A stretch of 61,671 nt of DNA, filler included, from Choristocarpus tenellus KU-1152 (GCA_964200185.2; 11 parts of 11 records of this genome joined end to end with filler, not necessarily neighbours in it), one strand, 5' to 3'; positions 1 to 13,188 are shown, numbered from the whole stretch's first letter. Made by a program: numbers and translations. The notes: generated from the sequence alone by a model not told the origin.

Positions 1-65
1 CGTTTTCGCAAAAGAACCATCCTCATAGTCCCGCTCCATCCTCAATTTTGCGAATCCCCTGTTAT
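1..65. mobile_element. Terminal inverted-repeat end of a TIR transposon/MITE (family of 17311-17514)
   Basis: Seen: CCTCATAGTCCCGCTCCATCCTCAATTTTGCGAATCCCCTGTTATA is near-identical to ~53674-53719. It also resembles the right end of the hairpin element at 17486-17514 (CCATCCTCAATTTTTGAAATCCGCTGTTA). Confidence 0.65.
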
Positions 66-2797
66 ATCGTGATGATGCTGTCAATTTGAACTCTTGGTGA
101 GGCCAGATTGGTGAACCTATTCATATTATGTGTATCGAACATATATATGGTAGATGGTATGCAGGACTTGACTTTCGTTGTGTATGGAGACGGAAATGGA
201 AATGTTGAAAATGTACACGTAGGCAAAGAAAGGTTTGTGTCTATTTAGTCCTTAGAATATCTTTTGAAACCAGTGTCAGACTAGTGAGTCTATTACTACC
301 ACTATAATCATGAGTACCGATTTTGTGAGACATTGTGAACAGTAAGATTTATAAGTGCCCGTTATGAGAAAAAAATAGGAGACCAAGTACTTCGTCATCA
401 TGAGGAACCATGGGAAACGATGGAGAATAGTGAATGAAGAGCAAAAGTTAGAGTAAGAAAAATCCGGTTTTGGAAACGATTGTCAAATGCAATAATTATT
501 TATAGTTTAGGTGTGAAGGGCGCCGTGTTATTGTGGGGATAATAACATTTCACCACCAGTATGGAACGACTCCATAGTAGTAGACTCGTTCTTTGATACA
601 CCCAATCTGTATGGTGAAATCCTATCGTTACCTCTTACTTCTAGGCAAAATTGTAACTCTCTATCATATTCTATCCAGTCCCTGTCTCCAGAGCCCTACA
701 ATGTCATATGTCACAGCATGAGTGCTCTGACACAATCTAGAGTACCTCTCAACTGGTAGTGATTGAGACTACTTGCGTGCTGTACTAAATAGTACCTCGT
801 ACCCCACTGGTCGTATTGGAGGACACAAACTGTTAAGTGTCCTCGGGTGCGACTGAAATGATTACTCCAATACGTCGTATGGCGAACGTAGCTGCTTCTC
901 CAGCGTAATCTATTGAGGATATTTGATACAATGGTCTACTTCGTACACTTAAAATATCCAATGCTCGTAGTGGGTGGCCTCATCGAATATCAAGCTCCCA
1001 GTTTGCAGCCTTTTGCAGTCGTTGCTCCAGCTCTGCATTCTTGTTCCGTAAGTGTAGCATGTCGTCCACAGCATCCTAAAAGGAAGGAAGGGAGCGAGGT
1101 GAACTTAGAATAGAGATTTATGGCAGGGCAAAATATCGATGAAGAAGCGGAAGAATCGAGATCCTCACTACTTACTAGGGTTACTACCCTGAAAGTTTAA
1201 TGTTCAATTTCAAATCCACCTGGAGAAATGGGAAGCACAACAAATGACTGTTGTACATAATACCCTCAAATAATCCCTTGAGAAGAAGGTTATACCAGCT
1301 AGAGAGTCCTTTCACATTACCTTTATTGCAGGGTCACTGAAGGGGAGCTGGAGATTGAAATATTTGGTCTATCATCTACACAACTGGAACTGCACAAGGT
1401 ATTCTGAAGAGAGAATGGACTAATTACGAAACTTGTTCCGCCTGATTCACTAAAAACGAACGTGACATGACATAGCGTCTCCCGTATTTCAAACATTGCT
1501 CGTCGCCACTGTTTGAAACAGGCGTGGGGGGGTAATCTGCGGACCCAGTAACCATTTATAAAAAGTAAAATTATTCACGAACTATAATGGTGATGGTTGT
1601 CCCAACGTAGGATACTCATTGGCACTATCACTAATACCAATGTTCGGCATGCGTTTTCATTCATTATGCTATACCATCAAACAATCCCATCTACCAATCG
1701 ACCAACCATATATCACATCCCTACTACTCACCTATGCCAGAATTTCAGCCATCTTCACCACGACAATAAAGGAGTGTTTGGGTATGTGTTTGTTGAGTAC
1801 TCCAAAGGATGAACCAACAGGTTGCAATATTTACATAGATGCGCTGACCAATCAAGGCTAAGGAAAGTGTAGGAAATGTATAGTTATTGATAGTTCTTGG
1901 GTTCAGGTCCTTAGTGTTATCCGATCAGACTCTGACGCAAGTTATCATTTTTCGATATATGCTTCAATATGGATGCTACTTGAGAAGTACTTTGTAGTAT
2001 TATTGTTGTGACAGTGAGATGTTATCTGGGTTTTGACCATATGAGGCTTGAACTCTGGGTGAGGTGAGTCATCTGTCTAAGGCAAGCATGAGTGACCTGG
2101 AAAACAGAGAATGCCAAGAAGCTGTTTTTATTTGGTGCAAGAGCGTCCTGGGACTCAAATAATGCTTTTGGTCCTAATGGTATCCAGAGCGTGAGTCTGA
2201 ACAGACAGTTCAGTTGTGCAACTTAGTACAGGACAAATAAGCCAGGCTTGACTATGCCTCCAGTCAGGATAGAATATTAGGTCCTTGAGACTGATCCACC
2301 AAGAGCAGATTTGTGCAACATGTTTTAGACTGAGTCTAACATGTAACCTACCTCAAATTTATATCCATGTCGGAAGTAGATGCAACACATTAAAGTGGAA
2401 GGACGAAGCAGGACTCATGAAGAGTGGCATTTGTTCTTACACAAGGTAAGCCGCATAAATAATAGTCATGAATCCACCCCAGCACATCACGAGAATACTC
2501 TTTCCCTCAAAGCTCAATGGGGTATTTACTGTTTGACAGAACCAAGGGGGGACACGAAAAATGAACTATCTTCCTGTCACCTCCCCTGGAGTTAGTATCG
2601 AAATTTTCTCCAATGAAGATTTAAGGAACTTAGCCTCTTGTTACCCTTGTTGCCTGTCTTTCGGTGCTATTCACCAGTGATAGAAGCTCCATTGGTGTAA
2701 GTCCATATAAACGAGCGTGGTGGGGTTGAGGTTAAAATAATGGTCAAGGTCGAAATTGTGTGCGGTAGACTGAAATAATGTTGTGTGTGAACAGAAC

Positions 2798-2888
2798 CTG
2801 AAGGAGAAGCTGCTGCTCCCTCACACGCCTTTGGTACAATCTCTTTTCTTCCTCAAAAACTTCCATCATGCCTTTGAACATAATGTAT
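2798..2888 (-). CDS. Isolated putative internal exon, unknown helical protein
   Basis: Seen: CAG acceptor and CAG|GT donor around YIMFKGMMEVFEEEKRLYQRRVREQQLLLQ. No partner exons identified. Confidence 0.4.
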
Positions 2889-3029
2889 CTGTGTGAAACC
2901 CCGATGGGAAAGAAATGAAAGGAAACAGCCACCAAGGGAAGTTTGGTTCAGTACACACTTGAAATTAGTCAATTTGGGTAAGTCGAGACTGTGGATACAT
3001 TTGACAAGGCAGATGGGTGACATACCATA

Positions 3030-3209
3030 GGCTCAGAGTATCTGGGGAGGGCGGCGGCTGTCCATATGGAGTCAATTTTTTCATGTCGCGATTTTTGGGT
3101 GATTTGGTTGTATACGTCGGATGAATAATCCAAGTGCACTTTTCCTGGTCTTGGTTCAAATGGACACCCTGGTGTAGACCTCATCCCCCCCCCCCAGATA
3201 CTTTGGGTC
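3030..3209. mobile_element. MITE, PIF/Harbinger-like family (GGSTCAAAGTATCTGGGG TIR), copy 1
   Basis: Seen: GGCTCAGAGTATCTGGGG ... CCCCAGATACTTTGGGTC. The interior is clearly homologous to 13189-13368. No TSD recognisable in this copy. Confidence 0.8.
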
Positions 3210-3353
3210 CACATTCCAAGGAAATGAAATACTTCAGAAATGAAGTGCACTCANNNNNNNNNNNNNNNNNNNNNNNNNNNNNNNNNNNNNNNNNNNNTTA
3301 ATTAATTAANNNNNNNNNNNNNNNNNNNNNNNNNNNNNNNNNNNNNNNNNNNN

Positions 3354-5108
3354 CGCCTTCATTCTCCACGATATCACCAGCACCAACATATCCTGCAACC
3401 GTGTGTGTGCCCCCCAACCCCCCACCCCCCCCCCAATTCATTCCACCGGGAAAACACAAGGATCCAAAAGTCAGGACCAGCTACAAATGGCAGTAGCGCT
3501 GTCGAACGGTGGATAGCACAAAGGAAAGGGTAGTAGGAACACTACTCCTGTAGATCTATGAACAACTTGAGGTTTGCTCAACTTCCAGGAATATGTTTTC
3601 AATGCCTAATCTCTTGATAGGGTAGAGGATCGATTACTGATGATTATGCCACGGATGGGGAAAATGCATGCTACAAAAAGGTTGTTGAAAAAATGTTTTT
3701 TCGTTCATGTGTTCTCTGAATTCCAAATGCAGCCTACTGGTGCACTCAGAACTCATGACCACTGGCCTGTACTGAAGACCTACTCTGAAGCTGTAGGAAA
3801 TGTCTTTCATCATGTTTTAAACGAGGTTACTATTGTATAAGGAGAAAAATTCAATGTTGCCGTAGAAAACGATGCAGCCACTGCCCTCACCTGGGTGTCT
3901 AAGCCAAGTTCTTTGAAGAAGGTCTGGATCCCTTCGTCTGTGATAGTATCCTCATCCTCCTCGTCAGCATAGCGGTCAAACCTTTCGGAAAGTGAGAAAA
4001 ATGGAACATCGATGTCACTCAAAGGTGAGAACAAGTGCGCAAGTCCTCTAGGGCAAAATGGGAAAACAACAATTGCTCCGAGGGTTTGCATGGTGAAAGG
4101 GATCGAGTGGGAGGCTAGCCCACACCTCATGCTGACCGAACACAAAGAGATTAAGTCACAACATGACAAAGCTAATGGATTCAGTATTCGGAGGCTATCG
4201 ACTTTACAAGTACCTAGGCCTTGCATGACAGGGGTATTATAACAAAAAATAGCTGGTATTGTTGGCAGGACAGCCTCCAACATGTTGCGGGGACACAGAG
4301 GTTACTGATCGTCGGCAAGCATCCAAGGAAGGCAAGAAAGATATACGGAGAAAGTTTCCTTGTACTGGTGAGATTACAAAATGCCTCGCCGTTCGTAGGC
4401 TCACAGAAAAGCACACCCAACCAAGCTCAAGGGGCACCACAACCCTTAGATCAAGAGCTGCCAATGCCTCACCAAGAGTCCAGTTTTGACATGTCTGGGG
4501 CGACTGATTGCGGATTAGCTGCAGCTACAAGAGCGGTAACGTCCACATCCCCTCCGAAAAATGCATCCGCTGCAATCTGGGAACAAATAAGTAGAGTTTG
4601 CGAATCAAGGCTGGCTCGCTACCCTTAATGAATAACCATGGATTGAAGGGAACGTTACATGGTTTGCGAGATCAATCTTTATCTTCCAAGTCAGACAAAG
4701 ATAGTGAGAAAGTCACACTGCAGATGGGTCAGATACATGGGAAGGAGTGGGAAGGGGTGTCAAAATCGAATAGAGGAGGAGAGCCAGGGATAAAGCCACG
4801 CAAAACCTTCCCAACCTCGGAACTCAGACCAGCCTTTTCTCTTTTAAGCAGATGACAACTTTTCCTGAAATCCATGCCAGGAAGGTACAACAACAACCGC
4901 CACCTCGCAACTCCTACTGCTAGTCAGTTCAACAGTTGCACATGGAGTTGCCCCTGGGACGGGTTTTCCTTGGTCCATTTCCCACCTCCACGTCCCAGTC
5001 GAAGTGCTCCAGAAGAACTATGCTTTCCAGCTGGCTCGCACCGACGAAGGAGCATAGTTCAGACACAGAGCCCTTTCGTGCAGTACTCAGTTCATCGAAA
5101 GACTTCAT
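3354..5108 (-). CDS. DCN1: DCN1-like protein (defective in cullin neddylation; UBA-like + PONY/DCUN1 domain), 5' part
   Basis: Exons 5108-4986, 4576-4473, 3981-3891, 3392-3354 (cut by linker); all GT-AG and phase-consistent. Translation: MKSFDELSTARKGSVSELCSFVGASQLESIVLLEHFDWDVE|IAADAFF...KLDSW|FDRYADEEDEDTITDEGIQTFFKELGLDTQ|DMLVLVISWRMKA. This matches the DCN1 N-terminal UBA-like domain and the start of the PONY domain. Confidence 0.9.
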
Positions 5109-5294
5109 GGTCTTAACAGTGGCTATGTTGTTTCTAACTTGTTTGTAGAGATCGTTGATAACTCAATCTGTTAAGGAAAAGGCTCTGGGCGTAGATGATA
5201 GGCTCTGGGCCAGTTGTGGTGGTGATTGTATACTTGAGAGTACCCACCCTTACCATTATACTTACACTCTTACCAAGGAAGTGTTAGTGGCAAG
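5109..5294. promoter_or_regulatory. Probable bidirectional promoter/5'UTRs between DCN1 and GLRX3
   Basis: Seen: only 186 bp separate the two divergent ATGs. Contains the direct repeat AGGCTCTGGGC at 5180-5190 and 5200-5210. Function is inferred. Confidence 0.65.
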
Positions 5295-6846
5295 ATGGTT
5301 GCAGAAGTGAGATCTTTGACTGAATTCCAGGCAGCGGTGGGAGTGCGGTCATGTGTCTTTCTCTGGGCAGCATGGCACGAGCCCTCCAAACCAGGTGGAC
5401 AGATGGACCAGGTGTGAAGGTGGTTTGGGCATCGAGGCCTTCCTAGGTTGCCCTCTAATACTGATCATTACCAGTAAATAGATGACGGAGGACTTTGGGG
5501 GGTTTGCACACATTTTTCCTATCAGGAGTAGACAATTTGTCTTTGTCGGGAAAAGACTATTGGAGTAGAGAAAGATGCTGCTTGCAACTTACTGGCTGCT
5601 GAAATGGTTGATCTTATCCTTTACAATGAACCTTGTCGTGCGAGAAGGTATTCAAGCAGCTCGCAGAGATTCATCAAGAAGACATCACCTTCCTCAAGGT
5701 CAGCACTTATCCCCCTACTTTGCCTATTAGAGTATTGGATCAAAGACACAGCAAAATTGTCGACCTACGGGTATCTAATTTCGTAAAGTACCACTCTTCC
5801 TACTCGAGGGAAATATCTTGACATGGTGTGTACGTCTAGCTGATTCATCCTCCCTACATCAATCTGAAAGATGCCTGCGATCACCAACACGTGCATCGTG
5901 ACTCTTCAACTTCAAAGTGAAAATGGATATCACGACTCACCACCGCCCTGAACACCTACAACGGTGTCGACCTGAGGCGAACTCACACGACTACCCTGGG
6001 TAAGAACACTTTTCTTCTTTTTCACACCTAAATCTATCTTGAATATATGCGTTAGGTTGAGGCAGAAGCGGTGCCAGAGGTCAGCGAGAAGCTGGAGATT
6101 GCCATGGTCCCAACGTTCGTTCTGATGAAGGTATGTATTGTAAGGAACATTTCTCTAGCTTTGTAATAGTGCGATCGTGATTGTATCATATTGACCTATA
6201 TTATGGCACCACTCCAGGCAACATAGCGAGCACATGGATCTGTGAATGCTCCACGAGAGACCTCTAAAATGTTTAACGAAGTAGTCATGAATATTCCCGT
6301 CAAACTTGCCTCTGTCAATGTTTGGCAGGTAACAACAATGTTAACTATTTGCTTTTCTCTTCTACCTGTGTATCCCCACACACCCACCCCCCTACACGTC
6401 TACCCATACGAGAATCTTATCCTCCAGGAGGTGTATTTTAGAGCGATTGCAATGAGAGCCGTAGTACAAGAATCTTCAATCTTTTCGAGGATGGGCCGGC
6501 CTCACTTCCCGACTTTCATGTTGTGCAACTCTGTCTCATCATTACACCACATCTTGGTACACACGCACATCCTTGTCCTCAGCACACATATTGAAGGTGG
6601 TATGACTGCCAGATCTTTGTCTTTTTCCCAGCTCCCACATTGCCACTTTTGTGTACCCATTTGATGCACTACTCAGGGCAACTTTGTTGTGGGTAAGGTG
6701 GAGGGAGCAGATCCTCCATCCCTGGCCAAGCGAGTTCGAGCTTTTGCAAGTGAGCCCGTGGAACAAAGCGCTGGAGACCGGGACACACAATCATCTGACC
6801 CTTTGGCAGTCTCCAAGCTGAACGCCAGGCTTACCACTCTTATCAG
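5295..6846 (+). CDS. GLRX3: Thioredoxin-domain monothiol glutaredoxin (GLRX3/PICOT, Grx3/4, GRXS17 type), 5' part
   Basis: Exons 5295-5411, 5648-5698, 6056-6130, 6677-6846, phase-consistent. Translation: MVAEVRSLTEF...FLWAAWHEPSKPGGQMDQ|VFKQLAEIHQEDITFLK|VEAEAVPEVSEKLEIAMVPTFVLMK|GNFVVGKVEGADPPSLAKRV...LNARLTTLIR. VEAE..PE.S, VPTF, V.GA.PP.L and LN.RL..LI are typical of this family. The CGFS domain would lie beyond the segment end. Confidence 0.88.
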
Positions 6847-8347
6847 GTGCACAGTTGTATGTTTGGTCGATGAAGGAGTACACGAGTTTCTTTTTTTTTT
6901 CTTACAAAGAAGGAAAAAAAAAGAGAGAAGAGTGGCAGACAGCCCCACCCGAGGCCACGAAGGCACAGTGGACAAAATCAGAGAGGTAGTAGTTTTCTGT
7001 TTTTTCTTGTTCTTTTGAGCCGTAGTGTTGTTGATGTTGAAGTTGTTGCCTAGACTGCCTACTGCACACAATATTTATTATTTTTTGCAGTATTTTTTTT
7101 TCTTGGGCATGACTGCCCACGCAACGCAACTCTGTCAAAATGAACATTAATCTGCAACTCCCCCCACCCTCCCNNNNNNNNNNNNNNNNNNNNNNNNNNN
7201 NNNNNNNNNNNNNNNNNTTAATTAATTAANNNNNNNNNNNNNNNNNNNNNNNNNNNNNNNNNNNNNNNNNNNNCAATAATACGATAGCCATTGTTCTTTT
7301 ATTTTTCTCCCTCTCCTTCCCCCTGTCCCCCCCCCCCCCCCCCCCCCATCTCTTGACTTTAATGTGTTTTCAAGGCCAAGAAGGTACTGTTAATGCTGAA
7401 TGTCTGTTGCCACTGTTGTTGAGGCGCTTAGGTTTTATCTATCACAATTCTACATGATACTGTATTTTGAGAATATGTATCAAGTTAATTCTTTTCTATA
7501 CTTTTCTCTCAGTATCCCCCTCACTCCCCCCTCCCCCCCTCAGTTTAGTCCTTGCCCTATCTGGTGACCACGCGCGATGTAATTTACCTCCATTCCCTCA
7601 CCCCTGAAACTGTCACCCCCCCTCACTTCCCTCCTCTAACCCTAACCCTATTTCTTCTTAACGTTTTAAATTTTAATTCCTCCCCTTCTCTTGCTCCCTC
7701 ATCCTGTCCTTTTTTTGCAGCTCTTTGGTGTGGATGTACAACCCTAAAATATGTAGGGTTAGGGTTTCAATTTAAGACAGTGAAGTGCATAGATCATGGG
7801 AAGACCACTGTGAAATATACTGTTGGTGACTTGTTAGATGTGCCTTTGATCCCTCGTTGATACACCTCATGCTGTTGTAACAACCCCTCAAATACTAACC
7901 CTAAGTCAGTTGAGCAGTACGACCAACTGCTGTTGACAAGACACCAATGGCATGATGAAGTGTTGCCATTGGTATATGTGTGCAATTTGATGGTGTACCT
8001 TACAATGTCATACCAATTTGCCTGCCCTCCTTGATGTGGTTGGCGTAGAATCTCTGATTCGACCTCAAGATCGGTGTTAGACTGTTTTTAATCCAAAGTT
8101 TGGTTATTTGCCCTGGACTCAGCACGGAGCAGCGTCTAATTGGTTGGGAATATCTTCCGTTCAACTCGTTTCGTCTTTGCTTCCCTGTTATTATTGTTCT
8201 TATTATTGTTATCATTATTAGTATTTTTATTTTTATTATTACCTTTATTATTATTATTATTGTTGCTGTTATTGTTGTTGTTGATATTTGTTTGGGGAAT
8301 TTTTGTGATTTTGTCTGTCTCATGCTGTGATTGATCTCTGTGAACAG

Positions 8348-11013
8348 GTGGACTATGACAACTTCAATTCTTTGGAGGAACACATCATGGAGGTAGTGTC
8401 GCAGTTGGACTCTTACGAGGAGTTCGACAGGCTTGTAAATGCCCTTAGGCTTGGCCTCTCCTTGAAGGTCACGACGACCTCTAATAGGGTGTTGCATAGC
8501 CTCGACTACTGTGGTAATGTCACTTTGGTGAGAATAGGATGACATGGGATAGGATAGGATAGGATAGGATAGGAGTGTGTTGGTATTAGTGTGTTACGGT
8601 GACTGTGTTTGAGGAAGGACTTGAGGAAGGGTGATCGGTTGTGGTTGGGATCGATGGAAGTATAATTTTTTTTCTTTTTTTTGAAGAGTTATGGAGATGA
8701 TGGGTTAGTTTTTTGTTTTGGAAGTATGATGTGTGTGTTGTGTGTTGTGTGTTGTGTGTGTATTCGTTTGTGTTTAGTAAGAAAAATGGTTTTAATACCG
8801 TTGCATTTGTTGTCGGTAGAGAGAGAATTTTTTGTTTTTAGAGATAAGTAGGGGTTTGTGTGAAGATATATGATCTAATGATTTATGTTACGAGTCGGAT
8901 TTTGAGTATTTTGGTTGTAGTTGGATCTGATGATGTACACGCCTGTTTGATCTTCATCTTTTTCTAACACGATCATGTGTAAGAATTTGTGTTACACCCT
9001 GATACTTGGAAGTCCAACACTGGATTGAATTCGGTTGTGCAAGAAAAAAACGCAGACTTGAACGAATCAGTTGAGGACGTGTTTTATTTTTATTTTCAAG
9101 TCTTACCGTTCTTGTTGAATACTAACGTATTCTAGCCTTAAAAGCATTCAATGGGCTAAGCCCTGGTGGATTAGTTGTTGCAATCAAATAGTGATCGCAT
9201 TGCTCTGCTGTTATCTATACATCCTTCTAATGTACTTGATCATTATTTTTACATACATCTAATGATCGAAGGTATGATGTAGGTGCACATCCCACGCAAG
9301 AAGTCTTCAAGCACGAATCCTGACACAATGACTTCTTTCTTGTTATTTTCCTTGTCTGCTCATGGGGCTTGATGGATATGTTTCTCGAACATCCATGGAT
9401 GCTACATACTTGCTTGCCGTGCTTGTGTGTATATTTTGTACAGTATATGCTTTGGCGAATGGGGCAGGATAAGTTGGACCCAACCACCGGAAAAGTATTG
9501 AGTACAGAGGTGGGTGAGATCTTAATTCTGGAATGTTTCATGCGGAAATACATTGGGTGGAGGGGGGGCGGGTGGGGGAGTAAGGGTGAGGAGTGTCTCA
9601 GTGCATGGTAAAGTTTGCTTGTAACTCTGATGGGAAGTGTTTAATGTTGGCCACCTCCAACACGGCTCACTATTCCTTCAAAAAAAAATATTTTCCTGTT
9701 TATTTTCTTAGTTTTTTGTTGTTGTTGTTGTTGTTGTTGTTGTGCCTTGTAAGTACCGTAAACTCGTACCTGCTTGGTAGTAATGCGGTTCATCTTCTCA
9801 AGAGAGAGAGTTTTTTGTGGTTCAGACTTGGATGTGGGTTTATACGGAGGGTACTTGACTGTTGGATAGTTGTTTACAATACAATTCTTTTGTGGGTGGG
9901 TGGGTGGGTGGGTAGGTGTGGGTGTGGGTTTGTGTGGGTGTGGAGATTTTTATCGGCGGTTGGTAAGTTTTTTTGTGTTCTTTTTCATTGAGTTGTGACG
10001 TGACATCTCTTTTTTTGTTTTTGTTACGGAATGTAATTTTTTTTAAAAGTTACATTTTGCAGGCTCGAAGTGGTTGGGGATTGAGGTAGAGTTAGGGTTA
10101 GGGTTAGGGTTAGGGTTAGGGTTGGCGATGTATTTACCTGTGTATTCCTCAGTATTTCATCATTCAGTGTATGATATGGTCGATACTATTATAGTAGCAG
10201 TATAGTAGTAGTAGTTGATACTTCTTGGACTTGATCCCAGTTGTGGTGAGAGTGAGGTCGAGATTTAGGTAACATTTTTGCTACCTTGGACATGATTATT
10301 GTTCTCAACTCTCTGTTAATGTCCATGAGACTGGACACAAAGACATTCACAAGTTAACGCTATGTAGTGCCTGTATCACTCCTGTTCAAAACATACCAGT
10401 ACTGTGTAGTGCTTGTAACGCTTTTGGTCAATCTATGCGCAACAGTTCCATAATGCCGCATCATAACACTGGTGTAGTGTTATGAAAGTGTTATTAAGTG
10501 TTGTGTTGTCCAAGGTGGCCTGATTGGAGTGTTGTGTAGTGGTGAGTGTCCTTTGAGAAAGGGGCAGGTAAACTCGAGTACTTTTAATGGATGTTGGGGG
10601 GGTGGGAGGGGTAAGTTGTGATCATTTTAAGGGTCTCACCCCTGTGTGTTGTGGATGGGTTTGACAGGCTCTTTTCCGTTTTGAAAGTGTCGGATGTAAA
10701 TTGAAATTGGTTAATGCATTTGTAACTGTTACTACTGAGCTATTATTATTGTCTTAAATTATATATTACACACATCTGAGTATTTTTGGTTTGTTTAGAA
10801 ATTTATCCCTGTTAATTAAGTGAAGAACTAACTATACAGTTTGAACTAATAATTGTGTAGTTGTCATGTGCATGGCAAGGGTGAGGGTGTATGACGTTCC
10901 ATGCTCCCGTTTCCCAGGTGGTTCAACTTACCAGGGATAAAAAGCGTGGAGAGAATGGCCTGGCAGAAACCATTAGCTTCCTGACAGTCTGTATGGACCA
11001 GACCAATGAGAAG
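8348..11013 (+). CDS. Three internal exons of an unidentified protein
   Basis: Phase-0 exons 8348-8467, 9468-9509, 10918-11013 (last donor AAG|GCAAG). Translation: VDYDNFNSLEEHIMEVVSQLDSYEEFDRLVNALRLGLSLK|DKLDPTTGKVLSTE|VVQLTRDKKRGENGLAETISFLTVCMDQTNEK. Coding-like islands within low-complexity introns; family not recognised. Confidence 0.6.
10072..10102 (+). repeat. Interstitial telomere-type (TTAGGG)n tract
   Basis: Seen: about five TTAGGG units inside an intron. Confidence 0.85.
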
Positions 11014-12295
11014 GCAAGGGTAGTGTGTGATGTTGTAGTGTTGTCTCACCCCTGGCAATGGCTTTTTTGCTCATGTCTGTGTTCCGTCGAGGGTGACTGT
11101 ATTCGTACTCTTGTTTTTTGTTTGCTTTTTTATTTTATTTTATTGTTCTTTTTTTCCCGGTGGTGTTTGCAATTCCAAAATAATGTTTCAGTTTTTTTTT
11201 TTCTATTTTCATGTTCTTTGTATCGTGTATGCGGTGAGGTTTTGTAACTGACAGGAGCACACAAACAGACAGATAGAGTAACACGCACACATACACACAG
11301 GATACATGTTTGTGGTATTTTAAATTGTCAAACACTGCAGAAGTCAGAATGAGTATTGATAATGAGCAATGATCGTGAATGATAAAATCATTTTCCGCAG
11401 GAATGTGTTCAACTTATTTGAGGCACTGTAAAATAGGGTTAGGGTTAGGGCTATGTTACTTCTAGAAACGTTTTGTTGGGCAAAAGGGTTAGGGTTATAG
11501 AGTGCAATGCAGCATGAGCGATGATGATTCAACTAGCTGTGCAGTTGTTGATGAAGGTATGGTAGTTCTACAAGAACCATTAGCTACAGACTTGGATAAG
11601 TTAAAAAACTAAACAAAACAGGTTGTCAATGGCGACTCCTTTATTGGTTTGGATGTGTTGTTCTCAAGTATGATGAGTAAGTTGCCTGTGGGGAGCCCAT
11701 TGTGTGAGGAAGGGGGGAGGGGAGGGGAGGGGAGGAGAGGAGAGGGGAAAGGGGGGCGCAGGGGGAGGGGGGCAGGGGGAGGGGGGCAGAAGCATGNNNN
11801 NNNNNNNNNNNNNNNNNNNNNNNNNNNNNNNNNNNNNNNNTTAATTAATTAANNNNNNNNNNNNNNNNNNNNNNNNNNNNNNNNNNNNNNNNNNNNCCCC
11901 CCAGATACTTTGACCCAGAACTGAAGGGGTTGTTAGCCAAATGGATGGTCTATGTGTTGTCATCATAAACCACATAACAAGACCCAAAAACATAAGGTCG
12001 TTCGAATTCCAAAGCACTTTTCAAAAACAACTCCTTCACATGGCTATCTATGTATTATAATCCTCTGCAGTGAATTGTGCAATGATAAGTTGGGTCTTAG
12101 AAAGCCAGGCTACTGCTCTCCCCCCCACACATCACTGCCCCCCCTGATATAAAATGTCTGTAAAAAGCCTCGTTGGCGAAGTCCGCATCAGCGTAGGCCA
12201 CTAGTTTGAGACCTGCTCCTTTCTCGTAGTTCAGGTCCAACTCCCGTGTCCCTTTGTAGTACTTGAGTATATTAAAACATAGGCTACTCATCTCT

Positions 12296-12929
12296 TGTGT
12301 ATTGATACGATACAGCATTACCAGTTCATACTGACTGTTGATTCGCACATCGGTACTGGTCGATGGTCACATTTACATCATCAGCACCTCGCATTATCAA
12401 CTACTCTTAGAACATCATAATGTGCATAGGAAGTATGGAACAGTCGACATCCGTCAAATATACAAACTTAGTATGTGCTGCATGAATTATCACAGATATT
12501 GCTTCAAATTTGTCTCTTCGTTTTTCTTTTGATCTTCACATCAGAGTCATCAGTTGCGTTTTCATACGTTAATTATTAATTTTCTGACTTACATTGCCCC
12601 CTTCTAAGACATCAAGCTCACTCTGAGTTAAGTGTACCTAATACACACTTGGATGCAATATATACAGAGTTAAAACGTCCTCAGAAACCCTTCTCTGACA
12701 AGGTGACCAGTCTCTTCTCAGAGATGCATTTCTTCATTTGAGTGTCTCGAGGAATAATTACGATTACACATCAACCATCACCTGACTGAGCAAAGCATGT
12801 CATCGGGTTCACCAGAACAAATTCACCAGCGCTTTACTGCACTATGATACCCCTTCGTCACAAACTAGTCACCGCACAAGACAGCACGATTCTTTCGAAT
12901 TCAGGTCTCAACAGAGAATCTGGTTCACA
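12296..12929. mobile_element. Putative solo LTR (634 bp) nested in the copia pol
   Basis: Seen: begins TGTG and ends CACA, flanked by TCTCT/CCTCT (5-bp TSD, one mismatch). It separates two segments that are normally contiguous in copia RT. Confidence 0.6.
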
Positions 12930-13188
12930 CCTCTCCAATACACATTTCTTTGAGGTTGTGAGCGACGGGCTACAGCTCTTACTGCATTAACCACATCTAG
13001 CATGATCATGTTACTGACCACATCAACCCCCCAACAGCCTCTCGAAAAGGGAAAAATCCTCTGACAGAGTATCTCCCTCCCTAGTTCCTAACTTTCTTGG
13101 GGGGACAGCAGGGATGGGAGTTGTTTATTGGGTGGAAAATCGTCCACACAAACTGTCAACGAAGTTAGTCTGGGTAATGAAGAGGGTA

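Noticed and set aside
66-2700. Possible decayed retroelement sequence
   Set aside because: Only vague motif hints and stops in all frames; no defensible call.
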